A DNA stretch of 24,000 nt from an uncultured Thiocystis sp. (lineage in GTDB: Bacteria; Pseudomonadota; Gammaproteobacteria; Chromatiales; Chromatiaceae), in NCBI RefSeq assembly GCF_903866365.1, contig NZ_CAIPNF010000070.1, positions 1 to 24,000 of the forward strand, in the 5' to 3' direction. The position numbers and the translations under genes were made by a program. A model generated the notes under the pieces. It saw nothing but the letters and a program-made list of their open reading frames with translations. It was not told where the DNA came from and searched no databases. Shown one piece after another: positions 16,423 through 23,800 of the stretch (position 1 is its first letter; every line of letters begins with the position of its first letter).

Positions 16423-18086
16423 GGCCGGTTCTCCCGCCAAGGGCCGGTCAAGCCCTGCATCTGGCGCATCTCTTCGAGCCGAAATTGATTGCGGATAAGC
16501 AGGGTCGGATCGCCCTCGACCTGTTGCAGCCGCTGTTCCATCACGGCCATGCCCGCCCCGCCCATTGCGGTCGGACCATCCAGCGCGGGTATCTGACCTT
16601 CCTTCGTCTCGGACTCCCGGTCCGCGCCGGGCTGACGACCGAGCTGGTCGAAGTCTTCGACCGCCTCGGCCTGACTGTCTCTTAGCGCCGCATCGGGAGG
16701 CGGGACCTCCGCCCGACCTCGCCCGGCCGCGCGACCGCTCCGCTCGGGCGGGGTGTCTGTTTCCCGATCCCGCTCGTCATCGCTGGCGTCGGTCTCCTGT
16801 CGGTCTCCGCCGGTCCCCGCGTCGGAGCGGTCGCGGTCCTGACGATCTCCAGCACCCTTGTCGGCATCGTCCCGAGCGCCACTGGTCGGCTTGTCGCGTG
16901 TTTGTTCTCCGCCGCCGGCCAAGGTGTCCGCGTCTTGTTCTTTCGACTCCCGTTCGCCGGACTTTTCGCCCTGGTCGCCGGATGTCGGCTGGTCGGGCTG
17001 CTCGGAAGACGTCTCGCGGGATTTGCCGCCTTCGATCTCCGGGCGTGATTTCTCGCCCTCTTCGCCCTGGTCGCGCGTCTCCTGCGACGATCCGCTCTCC
17101 TCGGATGGTTTTCGGTCGCGCGATGCTCGCGTACCCTCTTGGTCCTCGGACGACGGCTCGTCATCGCCCTTGCCCGGATCGGATTGCTCCCCGGTTTTGC
17201 CGCCCGAACCGGATTCCTTGCGATCCTTTGAATCCTGGCCAGCGTTCTCGTCCTTGCCTTGCTTGGCACCCTGGGCGCTGTCCTGCTCGGTGCCCTTGCC
17301 CTCGGATGCCTGATCTGATTGGCTCTTGCCAGTCTGCTCGTCCTGCTCGCTTGAATCGTCGCCCTTGCCGGTCTGTGCCGAATCCTTGCCGCCCGTCTGA
17401 TCCTTGGATTCGGACCCTTCGGAAGACGATTCCTGGGGGTCGCCTTCGCCGGATTCCTGTTGTTCGCTCTCCTGTTGCTGACCGGATTGCTTCTGTTCGC
17501 TGGATTGCTGCTGTTGATCCGACTCTTTCTGCTCGCTGGATTTCTGCTGTTCCGACGGCTGTTCGCTGGACTTTTGCTGCTGAGCCGACGGCTTCTGTTT
17601 GCTGGATGATTCCTGCTTGTCTTTGCTCTTTTCCTTTTCTTTTTCCTTTTTCGTGTCTTTTTTCTGTTCGGACTGGTCGCGGAATTGTTCCTGCTCCAGG
17701 CGCGCCAGCCTGGCGCGGGTGAGCGCCAGATTCTGGGCCGCATCCTCATGCGCGGGGTCGGCGCTCAGGACTTCTTCATAGGCTTGGGCCGCGCCGGTGT
17801 AATCGCCAAGCTGAAAGCGGGCGTTCCCCTGATTGTAACGGGCGGATTCGGCCTGACTGCCGCTCGCGGCCTCGCCGAAGGCTTGCGTGGCTTCCCGATA
17901 CTGACCGGCCCGATAGAGCGCGACGCCCTGACGGTACGGATCTTCGAAGGATTTGGCGGCGGTGTCATAGTCGCCGGCGCGATAGGTGTCGTAGGCCGCC
18001 TGTTCTTTGTTCTTGAACCAGTCGGCGCTCACCGGAGCGGCGGGGAACAGGATCAGGCAGACAATCGCCTTGCTGAATTTGCTCAT
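16416..18086 (-). CDS. batC: BatC-like TPR protein with a roughly 365-aa polyanionic low-complexity insert
   Basis: Signal/anchor MSKFSKAIVCLILFPAAPVSA, then TPR-like repeats (YRAGDYDTAAKSF, LYRAGQYREATQAF, QLGDYTGAAQAYEEVL), then a long E/D/S/Q/K/G-rich tract, then a conserved-looking C-terminus ..MEQRLQQVEGDPTLLIRNQFRLEEMR. ATG 18086 overlaps the batB stop as ATGA. Confidence 0.75.
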   Translation of the reverse strand: MSKFSKAIVCLILFPAAPVSADWFKNKEQAAYDTYRAGDYDTAAKSFEDPYRQGVALYRAGQYREATQAFGEAASGSQAESARYNQGNARFQLGDYTGAAQAYEEVLSADPAHEDAAQNLALTRARLARLEQEQFRDQSEQKKDTKKEKEKEKSKDKQESSSKQKPSAQQQKSSEQPSEQQKSSEQKESDQQQQSSEQKQSGQQQESEQQESGEGDPQESSSEGSESKDQTGGKDSAQTGKGDDSSEQDEQTGKSQSDQASEGKGTEQDSAQGAKQGKDENAGQDSKDRKESGSGGKTGEQSDPGKGDDEPSSEDQEGTRASRDRKPSEESGSSQETRDQGEEGEKSRPEIEGGKSRETSSEQPDQPTSGDQGEKSGERESKEQDADTLAGGGEQTRDKPTSGARDDADKGAGDRQDRDRSDAGTGGDRQETDASDDERDRETDTPPERSGRAAGRGRAEVPPPDAALRDSQAEAVEDFDQLGRQPGADRESETKEGQIPALDGPTAMGGAGMAVMEQRLQQVEGDPTLLIRNQFRLEEMRQMQGLTGPWRENRPW

Positions 18087-19159
18087 GCGGAAGCCCCTCC
18101 GCGAGTCTGGCTGCGCGCGCCTTGCCAACGCGGCAGCCGACGGAACCGAGGCAACAACAGCCCGACCAGCAGCAGCACCGGCAGCCAATACCGCTCGTTC
18201 CAGATCCGGGTGCGTGTGTCGCTGGCCTCCGGGGGCAGACGGCTGACGGCGGCGGCCTTCAGAATGGCGTCGGTGTCCGCGTCGCGATAATCGGCGCGAC
18301 GATAGAGCCCGCCGCCAGCCTGGACCAGGGCTTCGAGTTGCGCTTCGTTCAGACGCGAGCGCACCGGCTGACGGCCCGGATCGGCGGGATCGACGATCAC
18401 GCCACCCTGCGGCGCTGGCACGCTCGCCCCGTCCGTTGTCCCCATCCCGAGCGCATGCAGTCGGACGCCCTGCTCGGCCAGTCGCGCGACCCGCTCCGTC
18501 AGGCCGGGCTCATCGAAATCGCCATCCGAGATCAGCAGAATGGCCCGCGCGCTGTCCTCGGGCAGACCGGCGAGCAGGCTTTCGGCGCGGTCCAGCGCGC
18601 GCGTCAGGCTACTGCCTTGCAGGTTGGAGCTGGCGAGATCCGCGGACAGCGCGGGCAGGGTATTGAGCAGGCTGCCGATGTCCTCGGTGATTGGCGCGAG
18701 CACATGCGGCGTCGAGGCGAAGACGATCAGCCCCAGTCGCACCTGTTGGTCCCTGGCGATCAGATCCTGCAACTCCTGGCGGGCGCGTCCGAGTCGGCTC
18801 GGGCTCACGTCCTGGGCCAGCATGGAGCGCGAAATGTCCAGCAGAACCAGTAGATTGTTGCCGGGATGGAAGAGTCGCACATCGGTCGAATCCCAGCGCG
18901 GGCCGGCCATGGCCGCGAGCAGCAGGGTCCAGAGCAGCGCCCAGCGCAGAAAACGCCCCCAGCGCTCGGTGGTCCTGAGATCGCGCGTCCCGCTGAGGTG
19001 CGGGAGCAGATGCGGGTCCGCGTACCGATGGATGGGACCGCGCGCGGCGCGGGCGGCGCTACGCATCAGCCAGAGCGCCACCGGCAGGATGACGAGCAGA
19101 CCCAGAAACCAGAGCGGCTGCTCGAAGTGGAAGACTTGATCGACGATGGGGTTAGTCAC
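18083..19159 (-). CDS. batB: BatB-like membrane-anchored von Willebrand factor A (VWA) domain protein
   Basis: N-terminal TM helices, a MIDAS motif LLVLLDISRSM (DxSxS), ..ILLISDGDFDE.., and a C-terminal TM helix WLPVLLLVGLLL. The GTG start at 19159 overlaps the batA end. Confidence 0.85.
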   Translation of the reverse strand: MTNPIVDQVFHFEQPLWFLGLLVILPVALWLMRSAARAARGPIHRYADPHLLPHLSGTRDLRTTERWGRFLRWALLWTLLLAAMAGPRWDSTDVRLFHPGNNLLVLLDISRSMLAQDVSPSRLGRARQELQDLIARDQQVRLGLIVFASTPHVLAPITEDIGSLLNTLPALSADLASSNLQGSSLTRALDRAESLLAGLPEDSARAILLISDGDFDEPGLTERVARLAEQGVRLHALGMGTTDGASVPAPQGGVIVDPADPGRQPVRSRLNEAQLEALVQAGGGLYRRADYRDADTDAILKAAAVSRLPPEASDTRTRIWNERYWLPVLLLVGLLLPRFRRLPRWQGARSQTRGGASA

Positions 19160-20192
19160 TGGCGAGCCTGCGCACGAAGCGTTTGCGTCCTTCCGGGAAG
19201 AGTCCCAGCCACAGCAGGGCCAGCAGGGCGACCCCCAGTGGCCAGCGATAGAGCGGGCGGGGCAAATAGGCGGTGCGCGCCTCGGCCTCGGTCTTTTCCA
19301 ACTGACCGACGCGCGCGGAAATCTCCTCCAGCGCGCGGGTGTTGGTGGCGCGGAAATAGCCGCCGCCGGTCAGGTCGGCGATCTGCTGGAGCGTGGTCTC
19401 GTCCATGGTGAGGTCGTCGCGAAACCGCATCGCGCCATCCTCCAGGATCGGGATGTTGGTCTGCTGGCTGCCGACCCCGATGACATAGATCCGCACCCCC
19501 GCGAGACGGGCAAGCTGAGCCGCTTCCTTCGGGGCGAAACCGCCGGCATTGTTGTCGCCGTCGGCAATGACGATCATCACTCGGGAGCCCTCGGGGCGGT
19601 CGCGCAGCTTCTTAACACCGAGCGCGATGGCGTCGCCCAGCGCGGTGGCCGGACCGGCGATACCGGGAATCACGCCGTCGAGCAGCAGACGCACGGCATG
19701 CCGGTCGAGACTCAGGGGCGCGAGGACGAACGCCTGACTGCCGAACAGGACGAGTCCGACGCGGTCGCCCTCGCGGGTGTCGATGAAGCGGCCCATCACC
19801 CCCTTGACCACCGACATGCGGTTGACCTGGCGGCCCTCGACGGTGAAATCGAGCGCCTCCATCGAGTGCGAGGCGTCCACGGCGATCATGAGGTCATAGC
19901 CGGGTGTGCTGATCTCGGTGTAGGGCGTCAGCCATTGCGGGCGCATCAGGGCGAGGATCAGGCCGATCCAGAGCAAATAGAGCAGCGCCCAATAGAGCCA
20001 GCCGCCGAGTTGCAGTCGCGGCTTGCGGAGACTGAAGGCCGCTTTCAGATCGTCCAGATGCGGATGCAGCAGGGTCTGACGCTGGCCTTGCAGCGTTTCC
20101 TCGATCTGACTCCTCTGCTCGGGCCAGAGATAGGGCAGGAGCAGTGGCAGCGAAAGCAGGAGAGCGGCCCAGGGCCAGTGGAATTCAAACAC
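19152..20192 (-). CDS. batA: BatA-like membrane-anchored VWA domain protein
   Basis: TM helices, MIDAS motif LMIAVDASHSM, ..VMIVIADGDNNAG.., and a C-terminal TM helix. GTG start at 20192, with GAGGA 9 nt upstream. Confidence 0.87.
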   Translation of the reverse strand: MFEFHWPWAALLLSLPLLLPYLWPEQRSQIEETLQGQRQTLLHPHLDDLKAAFSLRKPRLQLGGWLYWALLYLLWIGLILALMRPQWLTPYTEISTPGYDLMIAVDASHSMEALDFTVEGRQVNRMSVVKGVMGRFIDTREGDRVGLVLFGSQAFVLAPLSLDRHAVRLLLDGVIPGIAGPATALGDAIALGVKKLRDRPEGSRVMIVIADGDNNAGGFAPKEAAQLARLAGVRIYVIGVGSQQTNIPILEDGAMRFRDDLTMDETTLQQIADLTGGGYFRATNTRALEEISARVGQLEKTEAEARTAYLPRPLYRWPLGVALLALLWLGLFPEGRKRFVRRLASD

Positions 20193-20254
20193 CGGATGAT
20201 GTCCTCATTTGCAGGGATCTTTGGTTGACTGAAGCGTTGCGGTCACCGTCGCTC

Positions 20255-20296
20255 GGTCCGCACAGCGGACCCGACGTAGGGTCCGCTGTGCGGACC
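20255..20296. repeat. REP doublet (REPIN-like): two head-to-head GT(A/C)G-GGTCCGC-TGT-GCGGACC units
   Basis: ggtccgcacagcggaccc (20255-20272) is the perfect reverse complement of gggtccgctgtgcggacc (20279-20296), with loop gacgta. Each arm is itself a 7-bp hairpin (GGTCCGC/GCGGACC). Lies in the DUF4381-batA spacer. Confidence 0.75.
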
Positions 20297-20327
20297 ATCC
20301 GCCGATCGGTTCTGCCCGGAACGACGA

Positions 20328-20888
20328 TCAAGTCCAACGAAAAGTTCGGGAGAGTGTTGTCCGGAAACCGCCTGTAGGCGTCGTCTCGCGGGTCGTCACC
20401 CAGCCCTCGACCGCTTCGATCAGGGCCAGTATTTGAGGGTCCTCACCATGGCCCGCCGGAGCATAGGGCGCGTCCAGTAGAACCCGGCCGCGTTCGCGCC
20501 ACCGAAAGCCCTTGGGATCGTGCGTCTCCAGCCAGTCGAGCCAGTCGTTTCCCGTCAAGCCGGCGCAGGCGGGGCGTCCGAGCCGCGCCATGGCGATGCG
20601 GCGCAGCAATTCGGACAGCTCGCCAGCAGTTCGCTTGGCATCCTGCCCAGCGCGCGCGCGCCGTCGCAGATCGCGCAGCGCGCCCGCCGCGTCCCAGCGC
20701 CAGCTTCCGAGCGTGAGTCCAGGGATTGGAATCCGCAGGCTGAGGACCGCGCGCCAGCGCCAGACGGCAAAGGTCAGCAGCAGCATGGCGAGCGCCAGCA
20801 GCCACCAGCCGGGCGCGAGCGGCCACCAGGGGATCGCTGAAATATCATGGATATCCCGAAGCTGTTGCATGGGTGTCATCGGTTCCAT
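20328..20888 (-). CDS. DUF4381-like small membrane protein of MoxR/Bat operons
   Basis: MEPMTPMQQLRDIHDISAIPWWPLAPGWWLLALAMLLLTFAVWRWR.. fits the DUF4381 pattern (L.DI....v.wWP.apGWw + TM helix). ATG 20888 shares one nucleotide with the DUF58 stop (TGATG). The track ORF up to 21131 is an overlap artefact. Confidence 0.7.
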   Translation of the reverse strand: MEPMTPMQQLRDIHDISAIPWWPLAPGWWLLALAMLLLTFAVWRWRAVLSLRIPIPGLTLGSWRWDAAGALRDLRRRARAGQDAKRTAGELSELLRRIAMARLGRPACAGLTGNDWLDWLETHDPKGFRWRERGRVLLDAPYAPAGHGEDPQILALIEAVEGWVTTRETTPTGGFRTTLSRTFRWT

Positions 20889-21805
20889 CAGACCGCCCGC
20901 GAGCGCGCGCGCTGTTCGAGATCGCGGATCAGGGTCAGGTGGATTTCCGTATCCGTGCGCACCGGCAACAGCACGATCCGCAGACGATGAGCCATGGCCT
21001 GAAGCCGGTCGCGTCGATCCTCCCAGCGCTGGCGGTAGAGTCGTCTTGCGTGCGGATCGTCGGTATCGATCTCGATCAGTGCGCCATCGGTGCCGGTGAA
21101 GGTGGTCACGCCCATGGATGGAATCTCCCAATCGGCCGGATCGTCCACTGGAATCAGTGCGACGGTGTTGCGTTGGCTGAGATCGCCGAGCACCTGCTCC
21201 AGCCCCAGCGTATCGCGGTTCAGATCCGCGATCACGAACACCAGCGATCCGGTTGGCAGACCCGAGCAGGCCCGCCGCAAGGCGCCGCCCAGACAGTCGA
21301 TGGACGGGTCCATGTCGGCGCCGGGTTCGGTCAGCGTGCGCAACAATTGCCAGAGCGCCCGCCGTCCGCGCGAGGGCCGGAAATGCTGGAGTCCGGTCTG
21401 CGGATCGCCGAACACCAGGCCGCCCACGCGGTCGTTCAGACGGCTGGCGGCCCAGCCGATCAGCGCCGCCGCCCGCGCCGTCTGCACCGACTTGAAGGTG
21501 CCGCGCGTGCCGAAACTCATGTGCGGCCCCTTGTCGACACAGAGCACCACCGAACGCTCGCGCTCCTCGCGGAAGATTTTCAGGTGCGGTCGGTTGGTGC
21601 GGGCCGTCACCTTCCAGTCCATATAGCGGATATCGTCGCCCTCGCGGTACTCGCGCACCTCCTCGAAGTTGACGCCCGCGCCACGGAACACCGAGGCATA
21701 GAGTCCGGCGAAGGTGGAATTCACCAGATGGTGCGACGGCAGGCCCAGCGTATGGGCCTGATGGCGCAGCTCCAGCAGATCATCGAGTCGGGGGTAGAGG
21801 CTCAT
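20888..21805 (-). CDS. DUF58-family protein (VWA-like, MoxR partner)
   Basis: ..ASVFRGAGVNFEEVREYREGDDIRYMDWKVTARTNRPHLKIFREERERSVVLCVD.. is the DUF58 signature. Confidence 0.88.
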   Translation of the reverse strand: MSLYPRLDDLLELRHQAHTLGLPSHHLVNSTFAGLYASVFRGAGVNFEEVREYREGDDIRYMDWKVTARTNRPHLKIFREERERSVVLCVDKGPHMSFGTRGTFKSVQTARAAALIGWAASRLNDRVGGLVFGDPQTGLQHFRPSRGRRALWQLLRTLTEPGADMDPSIDCLGGALRRACSGLPTGSLVFVIADLNRDTLGLEQVLGDLSQRNTVALIPVDDPADWEIPSMGVTTFTGTDGALIEIDTDDPHARRLYRQRWEDRRDRLQAMAHRLRIVLLPVRTDTEIHLTLIRDLEQRARSRAV

Positions 21806-21849
21806 TCTTGAATCAAGTTGTCAGTTGCTAAAGTGGCTCTTGATCGATT

Positions 21850-22011
21850 TCATCTGCTTCGATCAGATCGCCAACCACTGAAACAAGCGAAATAGAGGGG
21901 GGCGGCATCGTCCCGAACAAGATCGAGCAGGCTGTTGAGAAAATCCGTGGTCTGCTCATCGTCGCTTTCTGACTCGATATGCGACACTGGGTGCGTTGTT
22001 AGCATTTTCAT
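21850..22011 (-). CDS. Hypothetical small acidic protein (53 aa), translationally coupled to the SEC-C protein
   Basis: [56 protein letters not shown] 22011 overlaps the upstream stop as ATGA. No domain recognised, and coding status is unproven. Confidence 0.4.
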   Translation of the reverse strand: MKMLTTHPVSHIESESDDEQTTDFLNSLLDLVRDDAAPLYFACFSGWRSDRSR

Positions 22012-22283
22012 GCGACGAATGTACTTGACGTACCACAGCATTTCTTAAATTTCTTGCCGCTCCCACAAGGGCATGGATCATTTCTCGCTACCTTGTTTGA
22101 GGCAGCCGGTTTTACCGGGTTTAACATTTTTTCTAAATCTGAAATATCCTCTGGTTTGTCAGGTTCAAAACCAATAATGAAATGCCAACCATGTTCATTA
22201 CATTTTTCCGCGACGTATCCTGCCTTTTCATCTGTATGTACACGAACAATAATCGGTCTTTTTTCTGTTCCTAGTTTTGCCAT
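22008..22283 (-). CDS. Small SEC-C / SWIM metal-binding-motif protein (91 aa)
   Basis: [54 protein letters not shown]...[18 protein letters not shown]. The C-terminal [13 protein letters not shown] is the SecA-C-terminal-type zinc motif. Codon usage is AT-rich (about 40% GC) and foreign to this genome. The track N-terminal extension to 22451 crosses a GC-rich non-coding stretch. Confidence 0.75.
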   Translation of the reverse strand: MAKLGTEKRPIIVRVHTDEKAGYVAEKCNEHGWHFIIGFEPDKPEDISDLEKMLNPVKPAASNKVARNDPCPCGSGKKFKKCCGTSSTFVA

Positions 22284-22446
22284 GGCTATTTCTATTAAGT
22301 TTGTTATGTTTGGTGCATCGCGGTAGCGGCCAGTTGCCCGACCGACCCCGCACAGATCCCCGCATGCGGAACTACCGCACGGGGCCACGCGGGGGCTGAA
22401 GTGAAAGTCAAGCGGCCACGCTGGGACGGCGTTGCAGATTGAGTAC

Positions 22447-22478
22447 CGCACCGTCTGCGGGGTCCGCTCTTTAACCGC
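22447..22478. repeat. 32-nt direct repeat, copy 1 (REP-head-related)
   Basis: cgcaccgtctgcggggtccgctctttaaccgc matches 23095-23126 at 30 of 32 positions. It shares G(T/C)(A/G)GGGTCCGCT with the REP head at 20276. Confidence 0.8.
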
Positions 22479-22513
22479 GTGTAGGTTAAAGCCTGATACC
22501 TTTCCCCCTGTGG

Positions 22514-22975
22514 TTACTCGGCGACGATGTGCCCTCGCGTTCCGGCATCGGAATCGGACCAGACGTCCTCATTCTTCAAGCGCCGATCACCCTGGATGGT
22601 GTAGGTCATCGTGCCATCCTTGAAGACAAGAGCGCCGTCACTGCGCTTGGCGTTCACTTTCTTTCCGCTGACCCAGACATGTTCTTTGCTATCGATCCGG
22701 ATGGTGGCGACCGTTGCTCCTGACTTGGCTTTAGCCACCCATTGTCCGGCATAAGGGGTGTGGTGCGTGGCGCTCCCTGTGTCGGCGGTGGCTTCCGAAA
22801 CAAAACCGGCCTTGGCATTCTCTTCCTTGGTTTTGGTGATGTCGCAGCCCTGTGACTCGGAGACTTGCGTGCAGCCGGAGCGCTCGAGTTGTTGCCTGTA
22901 TTTTGCGTCGATTGCATGGGCGGAAGTGTGTGCCAACAGAGCAACACTGGCGGCGATGATTAATTTCTTCTTCAT
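22514..22975 (-). CDS. Hypothetical secreted protein (153-aa precursor)
   Basis: Signal peptide [21 protein letters not shown]|IDAKY. GAGG lies 9 nt upstream of ATG 22975. Two Cys residues early in the mature part, with a beta-rich C-terminal half. No family recognised. Confidence 0.65.
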   Translation of the reverse strand: MKKKLIIAASVALLAHTSAHAIDAKYRQQLERSGCTQVSESQGCDITKTKEENAKAGFVSEATADTGSATHHTPYAGQWVAKAKSGATVATIRIDSKEHVWVSGKKVNAKRSDGALVFKDGTMTYTIQGDRRLKNEDVWSDSDAGTRGHIVAE

Positions 22976-23094
22976 CGATTCTGACCTCGTTCGGATTGAT
23001 TGGATGAATTGCACGGAGTTAATTTGAATTAGAAGTGCAACGCCTGAAAGGGCAGGTTAGCGGTCTTGCTGGCATGACGTCTCAGAATAAGCGC

Positions 23095-23126
23095 CGCGCC
23101 GTCTGTGGGGTCCGCTCTTTAACCGC
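23095..23126. repeat. 32-nt direct repeat, copy 2
   Basis: cgcgccgtctgtggggtccgctctttaaccgc. See copy 1; the two copies bracket the secreted-protein gene. Confidence 0.8.
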
Positions 23127-23257
23127 TTGCATAATAGCGGTAACCACTTTGTTTTCTAGCCGTTTTTGGAAATCTGATCATTAACCATGCATCCAGGAAA
23201 TTAGAAAGCTTCGGCAATGAAGGCGTGATCTCGGCGCTGCAATAGAGAATGACTGCA

Positions 23258-23473
23258 TTAAGCCGCTTCTGATGTTAATGCCCGAGTTTCCTGATCGATT
23301 TTCTGCAAAGCCCTTTGAATATGGTCAACTTCATTTTCTTCGAAAAGCGCTTCTCCGCATTGAGTGCATACCCAGGCGGGAATTGATTCCCATGTAATAT
23401 GATAACCGTTTCGGTCCACACTAAATGGTGCAGTTTCTCTAATCATTTTCCCTTTGCAATGAAGGCATTCCAT
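23258..23473 (-). CDS. YgiT-type zinc-finger protein (MqsA-N-terminal-like putative antitoxin)
   Basis: MECLHCKGKMIRETAPFSVDRNGYHITWESIPAWVCTQCGEALFEENEV.. has the CxxC...CxxC YgiT finger. It overlaps the upstream DUF4258 gene by 35 nt. Confidence 0.8.
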   Translation of the reverse strand: MECLHCKGKMIRETAPFSVDRNGYHITWESIPAWVCTQCGEALFEENEVDHIQRALQKIDQETRALTSEAA

Positions 23474-23777
23474 CCTGCTTCCTCACTTTAAAGTCTGGCG
23501 ACCACAGATCAGGTGATGGCAAATATGCGGTAATCACCGCCAAGTATTCGATTTTTGGCGCACAGACGACATGGATCGTGCGACATCGTGTTGAATGTGT
23601 GATCAGGCAGCTTTCTCCTCGTTGATCATCTGGATATTCTTCGATGATTTCGCCGGAGAATACCGTTTCTCGCACTTCATCGGTGCCGATCATTCTGTCA
23701 GGACGAGACATTTGTTTGATCGCATGAGGCAGGAAAAGTATTTTTCTGCTTGCGGCTGCGATAACTTTTTGCTTCAT
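23439..23777 (-). CDS. DUF4258-domain protein (putative RNase-type toxin)
   Basis: ..ILFLPHAIKQMSRPDRMIGTDEVRETVFSGEIIEEYPDDQRGESCLITH..RTIHVVCAPKIEYLAVITAYLPSPDLW.. matches the DUF4258 pattern (HA..rM.eR.I...ev..v...g.iiE.Yp.D.rg.s.Li...lHvV.a......vITvY.P). The toxin-first order resembles mqsRA. Confidence 0.75.
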   Translation of the reverse strand: MKQKVIAAASRKILFLPHAIKQMSRPDRMIGTDEVRETVFSGEIIEEYPDDQRGESCLITHSTRCRTIHVVCAPKIEYLAVITAYLPSPDLWSPDFKVRKQDGMPSLQREND

Positions 23778-23800
23778 GTCTTACGAATGATTCACCATCT

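Noticed and set aside
20889-21131. Upstream extension of the DUF4381 ORF overlapping DUF58 by 243 nt.
   Set aside because: The DUF58 frame carries the recognisable domain there. The DUF4381 pattern starts at MEPMTPMQQLRDI (ATG 20888), which makes a typical TGATG junction.
22284-22451. N-terminal extension of the SEC-C ORF (track start at 22451).
   Set aside because: Composition switches abruptly from AT-rich coding to GC-rich hairpin-dense sequence. The peptide ([28 protein letters not shown]..) has no family signal. Homologous mini-proteins are about 90 aa.
22390-22470. The ggggctgaag... stretch considered as a tmRNA or tRNA-like gene or integration-site remnant.
   Set aside because: I could not build an acceptor/T-arm cloverleaf, a tag reading frame or a CCA-proximal structure. 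The similarity is limited to the first 7-8 nt.
22447-23126. Direct repeats considered as a CRISPR array.
   Set aside because: There are only two copies, spaced about 650 bp apart with a protein-coding gene between them. No cas genes are present.
22440-23130. The two 32-nt repeats with a TTAACC/GGTTAA hairpin considered as integron attC sites (a CALIN-type cassette array).
   Set aside because: The hairpin is only about 23-27 nt, whereas attC sites are at least about 55 nt with an R''-L''...L'-R' architecture. The sequences CTTTAAC and GTTAAAG do not fit RYYYAAC/GTTRRRY. No intI is present. The array idea was kept only as a generic cassette-boundary hypothesis.
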